From IMG/VR virus record IMGVR_UViG_3300026528_000001, positions 1 through 58,606 of that record: 58,606 bases of DNA. One strand, 5' to 3'. The position numbers and the translations under genes are program-made. Of the stretch, positions 53,430 through 58,606 are shown piece after piece. Within the stretch, counting starts at the first letter, position 1, and every line of letters starts with the position of its first letter. The notes beneath the pieces were generated by a model. It saw only the letters and a list, made by a program, of their open reading frames with translations, made no database searches and had not been told where the DNA came from. The stretch comes from a virus. Taxonomy: Duplodnaviria > Caudoviricetes.

Positions 53430-56400
53430 GTGAACGGAAACTCGCCTTTTGACCCCTACTACTACGATCCGACAGAGGTGCGTCGCCGACTGGCCGAATT
53501 GGCAGGCACACCACTCCTTCCCGAACTGCCTTCCCCTCGGCAGTACGATGTGGGTATCGGCCCCGGTCAGATGACTCCTACGGAGATAGGTGTCAGATCC
53601 TTCATGGACCAACTCACGGGCAGGAGTTACAACTTGGCAAGGCCGCTGACTTCCCCCACCAACTTGGCCATCCTGGGCGGCACGGCTGTGGCTCCAGAAC
53701 TGGCACCCTTCGCCTCCCGCGCCTTTGGACTTGGGATGGGTACGGTCGGGCTTCATGAGGCTGAGTCAGGGAAGTACCCAGAGGCGGCCACATCTTTGGG
53801 TTTAGGTCTGATGGGACTAGCTGGACCCAGCCTTCGTTCCGGCCAGCGTGTTGACTTACGGACAACACAAATGTTACCATACGGATCAGAGGTACCTTAT
53901 GCCGAAAGACCCGCGGGAATTGTCAGAGAACCGGAACCCACAGGAGCGCCCGGCGGTGGTCCAGTACCCGCTCGAGGAGTGCCATATCTGGCACGACCTC
54001 GATCCGGAGTGTCTCTGCTCGGCCTGTCGATCCGCCGCGACCTCGCCAACCGCGACTGGGTTGACCTCCGGGGAAAACAAGTAAACACTTCTGAAGACAT
54101 TGCCGCCGCCGCGCAGACTTTCCGTAGTCCGCAGTTTGAGACTTTCCATGTTCTCTATGTCAATAAGAATGGACAGATAGCAGGGCATGAGGCGCTGACG
54201 AGCAGGCTTCCCGCTGGTGTGGCGCCGTTCGCTGAGGGTCAATCTGCGCGTTTTGCGTATGGGATAAACAGCCGCGCTAAACGTCTCGAGGCTAGCGACG
54301 TGTGGCTGCTTCACAATCATCCTAGTGGGCGTACCATACCATCACGGGAAGACGTTTCCATAACACGGTCATTGGCAGGACGTGTGCCCAGATTGAGAGG
54401 ACAGCTCATCATCAATGATGTGTCATATGGCGAGATTTCACCAACGGGTAGTGTTTATCAAAGGAGCTTGCCGGAAGCGGCTAGGGTTACTACTGGTCTT
54501 GGTGAAGCGGAAGTACCGCATCCGGAACTTGGTCGTACCATCATGAGTAGCCTCGACGTGGCTTCGGTCGGGCGGATTCTGAAAACACCAGAGAATATGG
54601 TAAGTCTGGTCTACCGTAGCTCGGATGGTGCTGTGCGTGCTATCGAGTCTGTTCCGGTGAACCTCTATCTCAAGTCGGATGATATGGCCGATTGGATACG
54701 CGGCCGGCAACGTGAGTACGGTGCTTCGATGGCTTTATCCTATTATGACTCGACAGGGCGCTTTGCTCCTGAGGTTACTGAAGCCGGACTGAAATTGATA
54801 CGCACTCGCGCGATACGAGACGGCATACTCGGTTCAGAAGGCGGTCAAACTAGGTCTCTGGAGGACTTTGCGGGTGTGACGAGAGAGCCGGAACAGTGGC
54901 CGAAGAGTATCCGTATACGTGAACCGGAAGAGCCACTACAGTCCCGTCTTGTTTCGCCTTTCTACAGTCAATTAGAGCGTGTGATTGAGGCCAAGATGCC
55001 CAATGTCACCACGGTAGACCAGCTCCAGGGGATACTGAAGGACCCGAGGATTAAAGGGACAGAGCTTGAGGCAACAGGCCTTCAGCGGTGGCTGGACACA
55101 TTTAAGGGAAGCACCAAGAAGATCACGAAGGACGAGGTGAGAAGGCAACTGGCGCTGGGGAAGGTGGAACTGAAGGACGTGACATACGCGGAGGAAGACC
55201 CGGCCGTCATGGCGAAAAGAAGTACTCTTGACGCCCAGATCAAGTCCACGCAGAGCGAGTTAAACGATGTCTACTACTACGACCGTGACGCGAAGGACTG
55301 GCTGCAACGAGTCGAGAAGTTGAACAAACAACTGGAGGATCTGAGCTATGCGCGGGCCGAGATACCGGAGCCACCAGAGGAACCGAAATTCGGCAGGCAG
55401 AAACTCCAGCTTGAGGGTGGGACCAACTACCGGGAAAAGCTCCTGGTGATGCCGGGAGGGGAGAAGGTCATCGACTGGAGGGTCACTGGTCCAGGCGGTC
55501 GCGTCAGAACCTTCCCCACCGAGGCTGAGGCACGCATTTACACCAATCAGTGGTACGGGCGTCCCGATCCGCCCTTGGTTACTATTGAAAGGGTTACGAG
55601 GCGGGAGCCCTATGTGGAACCGCATTTTAATGTGGAAGGCGTGGTGGCTCATGGCCGCTTCACCGACCGGACCACCACTGCGGGAGAGCCGATGCTCTTC
55701 GGGGAAGAGCTCCAGTCTCAGGCAGCTCTGGACGTGCGCAAGGCCAGAGAAGCAGGCGAGCTATCCCCATGGAAGGGGTTTCCCTTTGAGAAGAACTGGC
55801 ATGAACTGATGTTGTGGCGTGCGCTCAGGATGGCCGCGGAGGAGGGGAAGACCAGGTTTGGGTGGACCACTGGGGAGCAGCAGATAGAGAGGTACAATCT
55901 CGGCAGACATATCGACAGTCTCAGTGTGGCTCAGAGTCCGCAGGGTCACTTTATTCTCGACATGAGAGGCGGGCGTTTACCCGGAGGTTATCAAGTCACT
56001 ACCGTATCGCCTGAGCAACTGCCCGACTATGTGGGAACTGAACTGGCGCAAAAGATCAAAGCTGAAGTTGAGCCAGGAGGCAAGTTCAAGGACTATTCAG
56101 GCTTAGACCTTCGTGTGGGTGGCGAGGGCAAGCGGCAGCTTTACGACCAGATGCTGACCCAGGCGGCTAACCGGATAGGCAAGCGGTACGGGGCGAAGGT
56201 GGAAGACGTGACGATGCCCACCAACGTGCCACAGATAGTCCAGACGGGGAACACATGGATCGTCAAAAGCACCATCACAGGCCAGCCGCTGTACGAAGGG
56301 GCCACAAGGCAAGCGGCCATGGATTTCATCAATGAGATGCAGGAGCTTGGGTCTGTGGCTAAAGGTGAAGGTCTAACCACGGTCCACAGCATCCCGATTA

Positions 56401-56582
56401 CTCCTGACTTGTATCAGGCTCTCATGGGCGAAGGCCGGCCCCTCTTCCAGTCCCCTCTCCCCTTCCTTGCGGGTGGCGCCGGGGCTGCTCTCGCGGGAGC
56501 CGCAGCGGCACAGAAGGGGAAGGCCCAAGACGCAGACTACGAATATGACCGAGCCACAGGCAAAGTCAGGCGGGTGAAGTGA
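53430..56582 (+). CDS. Large polyvalent ejection-region protein with JAB/RadC domain
   Basis: ETFHVLY...HNHPSGRTIPSRED (JAMM motif); later FYSQLE, GGTNYRE, PHF, AHGRFTDR and EELQS domain. Confidence 0.8.
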   Translation: MNGNSPFDPYYYDPTEVRRRLAELAGTPLLPELPSPRQYDVGIGPGQMTPTEIGVRSFMDQLTGRSYNLARPLTSPTNLAILGGTAVAPELAPFASRAFGLGMGTVGLHEAESGKYPEAATSLGLGLMGLAGPSLRSGQRVDLRTTQMLPYGSEVPYAERPAGIVREPEPTGAPGGGPVPARGVPYLARPRSGVSLLGLSIRRDLANRDWVDLRGKQVNTSEDIAAAAQTFRSPQFETFHVLYVNKNGQIAGHEALTSRLPAGVAPFAEGQSARFAYGINSRAKRLEASDVWLLHNHPSGRTIPSREDVSITRSLAGRVPRLRGQLIINDVSYGEISPTGSVYQRSLPEAARVTTGLGEAEVPHPELGRTIMSSLDVASVGRILKTPENMVSLVYRSSDGAVRAIESVPVNLYLKSDDMADWIRGRQREYGASMALSYYDSTGRFAPEVTEAGLKLIRTRAIRDGILGSEGGQTRSLEDFAGVTREPEQWPKSIRIREPEEPLQSRLVSPFYSQLERVIEAKMPNVTTVDQLQGILKDPRIKGTELEATGLQRWLDTFKGSTKKITKDEVRRQLALGKVELKDVTYAEEDPAVMAKRSTLDAQIKSTQSELNDVYYYDRDAKDWLQRVEKLNKQLEDLSYARAEIPEPPEEPKFGRQKLQLEGGTNYREKLLVMPGGEKVIDWRVTGPGGRVRTFPTEAEARIYTNQWYGRPDPPLVTIERVTRREPYVEPHFNVEGVVAHGRFTDRTTTAGEPMLFGEELQSQAALDVRKAREAGELSPWKGFPFEKNWHELMLWRALRMAAEEGKTRFGWTTGEQQIERYNLGRHIDSLSVAQSPQGHFILDMRGGRLPGGYQVTTVSPEQLPDYVGTELAQKIKAEVEPGGKFKDYSGLDLRVGGEGKRQLYDQMLTQAANRIGKRYGAKVEDVTMPTNVPQIVQTGNTWIVKSTITGQPLYEGATRQAAMDFINEMQELGSVAKGEGLTTVHSIPITPDLYQALMGEGRPLFQSPLPFLAGGAGAALAGAAAAQKGKAQDADYEYDRATGKVRRVK

Positions 56583-58606
56583 CAAACGGCATCGGCATCA
56601 AGCGAGTCAAGCTGCCTGACGGCACGGTATACGAGTTCCACGGGGATTTTACGAACGCTCACCTTGAGGATGCGATGCGGCAACTCGAGGGGGGACCGCC
56701 ACCGGTGCCGGAATCATCTGTCTTAGGCCGTATCCCTTATGAAGCAGGCCAAGCCGTGCGTGGCGCCGCCGAGGCTTATGGCATCCTGCCGCCTCCCGGG
56801 GCGCCGCCCGTAGGATCGCGTCTCATGCCGGATCCAAACGCTCCCATGCCTCTGACTCAAATGTACGGTGCGGGGAGGCAATTGACCGAAGCCGGACTCG
56901 GTGAACTCGGCCCCGCGGTCATGTCAGAAGATCCTCAGGCCGTGCGTCGTGCCGCCATGATGACCACGCTCGGGACCGTTCCGATGGCCGGGCCGGGCAT
57001 ATGGTCGGGTCTCCAGATGATTCAGACCGGTGAGCCGGGGCGCGGTCTCGGGACCATGTTGCCCTGGGTCATGGGCATCGGCGGGAAGCGCCCGCCACGA
57101 ATCACGGAGCACATGCCTCCGCCGCCTGGTACTGTTCCCTCTTACCTGGCATCCGCCTTCCCGCCTGGTAGGACTTTGCCTCTCCTCAACAAACTCATTC
57201 AACGTGTCCCGGACGTAGGCGCATTGAAGAACGTCCGCACCGTGTTAGAGGACGCTGCCGGGAAGCTGGTGGTAGGCAAAATCACTTTTCAGGACTGGAT
57301 GGACCGCGTCCAGGTGAACATGACGCCTGCTGAGATCGAGGTGGGCCGCAGGTGGTATTCGGATCTGCACAAGCTCTTTGCCGCGCACTTCGGGGAGGCG
57401 AATGCGGACAAGGAACTGATTGCCTGGGGACTCAGTCAGCAAAAGACTTCTCCGTCCGCCGGCATGGGGAATGTGCTCAAGGCCAAGGATATCATTGCGG
57501 CCGGTTCTGCGCCCTGGCCTGGTCCTTACCCTGTCCCGGGCGGAAGTCTGCCGCAAGCCGGGCTGAGCGAGGAGGCGCTTCTGGCGTGGCTGCGCGGTCA
57601 GGTGCCCGAAGCTGGCATCGGCCAGAAGCTGGTGGATTTTTCTGACAACACGCAAGGCAGGGTGACACGCACTCTCTATGGGGATGACCCAAGAGCGGGA
57701 GCTCCAGTCACGGTAGATACTCACACCTTCCGGGACGCGGGCGGCATCGACCAGACGCTGCTCGACTACCTCAAGGAGCGCTTCGGGCCGCAAGTCACCA
57801 GAGGTCTGCGCCGTGACACTGCCGGACCGATCTCACCGACTCAGTACGAGAACGCGACAAAGTTCTTCAATGACTTGACAGCACACTTGAACCAAGTGGG
57901 TTTCGCTGGAGGCAATTGGAAGTCGCCGGCCGAAGCTCAAGCGGTGGGCTGGATGACGATGCAGAAAGCCATCGGGCGCACTCCGGAGACGCCGGCAGAC
58001 ATCTTCAACAAGAACTACCGCACGATTTCCTATGAGTTAAGCTATGCAGCCGGCTCGCCTTACGAGAAGACTTTCGGCCCGATGTACAAGCTGCCTTATG
58101 ACACGGCACAGCAGATAACAAGGTATGTGGACGACCGGGTCGCCTCGGAGTTTCTGGCTCATGAATTCGGCTCTCAAGGCGTTCAGGTGGAAAACCTTCA
58201 CCGTGGCGGGACGTATCTCGATTACCCGGTGGCCCCGTCGATCCAGCGGAAAGTGATGGCCTCGCCTGAAACGGTGGCGCAGATACGCGATTCACTGGCC
58301 TATTTGTATCAGCAGGACGAAGCCTACAGTTTCCGTTTCGACGTGGGAAAAGATTCTGCCAACGTCAATGGCATCCGTGCTGTGGGTGACCCGAGGTTTG
58401 CCGATCGGGTGTTTCTGGACAGTTTCTGGAAAGCGTTCCGCGAAGAGTTAGAACCGCGAGCGCCTCATCTTCTGAAAGAAGACATCCAGTTCTCTGGCAT
58501 GCTGTGGCGTGGCGGACCCACCGGTACGGTCAGGCGTGAGCCGAATCCCAAGCTTCTGAGCGGCGCCGCACCCATCGAGCATCCCGAGCAAGGTCCAGGC
58601 CTTTTC
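56579..58606 (+). CDS. ~816-aa ejection-region protein continuing at 1-550, with HhH-glycosylase-like domain; absent from the ORF track
   Basis: GTGA overlap; open frame to the contig end; RWYSD, SQQKTSP, GQKLVDFSDN, VTVDTHTFR, QYE and AEAQAVGW. Confidence 0.8.
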   Translation, partial: MTNGIGIKRVKLPDGTVYEFHGDFTNAHLEDAMRQLEGGPPPVPESSVLGRIPYEAGQAVRGAAEAYGILPPPGAPPVGSRLMPDPNAPMPLTQMYGAGRQLTEAGLGELGPAVMSEDPQAVRRAAMMTTLGTVPMAGPGIWSGLQMIQTGEPGRGLGTMLPWVMGIGGKRPPRITEHMPPPPGTVPSYLASAFPPGRTLPLLNKLIQRVPDVGALKNVRTVLEDAAGKLVVGKITFQDWMDRVQVNMTPAEIEVGRRWYSDLHKLFAAHFGEANADKELIAWGLSQQKTSPSAGMGNVLKAKDIIAAGSAPWPGPYPVPGGSLPQAGLSEEALLAWLRGQVPEAGIGQKLVDFSDNTQGRVTRTLYGDDPRAGAPVTVDTHTFRDAGGIDQTLLDYLKERFGPQVTRGLRRDTAGPISPTQYENATKFFNDLTAHLNQVGFAGGNWKSPAEAQAVGWMTMQKAIGRTPETPADIFNKNYRTISYELSYAAGSPYEKTFGPMYKLPYDTAQQITRYVDDRVASEFLAHEFGSQGVQVENLHRGGTYLDYPVAPSIQRKVMASPETVAQIRDSLAYLYQQDEAYSFRFDVGKDSANVNGIRAVGDPRFADRVFLDSFWKAFREELEPRAPHLLKEDIQFSGMLWRGGPTGTVRREPNPKLLSGAAPIEHPEQGPGLF
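58480..58606. repeat. Terminal direct repeat / circular assembly overlap (right copy)
   Basis: Identical to 1-127; 127 nt is a common assembler k-mer length. Confidence 0.97.

Noticed and set aside
1-58606. tRNA/rRNA genes or a recoded genetic code
   Set aside because: No cloverleaf or rRNA recognised by eye (tRNAscan not run); genes tile densely under the standard code

Overview
Apparently complete, circularly assembled ~58.5 kb tailed dsDNA phage genome (bases 1-127 are identical to 58480-58606), probably a podovirus because no tape-measure, tail-tube or sheath gene was recognised and the portal/adaptor/nozzle/ejection layout is P22-like. The minus-strand arm (941-14343) carries a putative holin, glycosyltransferases, a Mom-like acetyltransferase, an ERCC4 nuclease, an AAA ATPase, a PD-(D/E)XK nuclease, a DinG-like helicase and ribbon-helix-helix regulators. 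The plus-strand arm (14565 through the junction to 948) carries HTH regulators, terminase, portal, capsid, adaptors, fibres, ejection proteins and an M15 endolysin. No integrase, DNA polymerase or primase was recognised. Most unusual observations: (1) five fibre/lectin-like genes in the virion module start with Sec- or lipoprotein-type signal peptides; (2) the large terminase is split into separate ATPase and nuclease genes about 3.5 kb apart; (3) a 4-copy palindromic element with fixed arms and a variable hairpin lies in-frame inside three ORFs; (4) two antisense HNH cassettes share a two-hairpin leader; (5) ejection-region proteins carry JAB/RadC and HhH-glycosylase-like domains. All calls come from reading motifs by eye; no database searches were run and the host is unknown.
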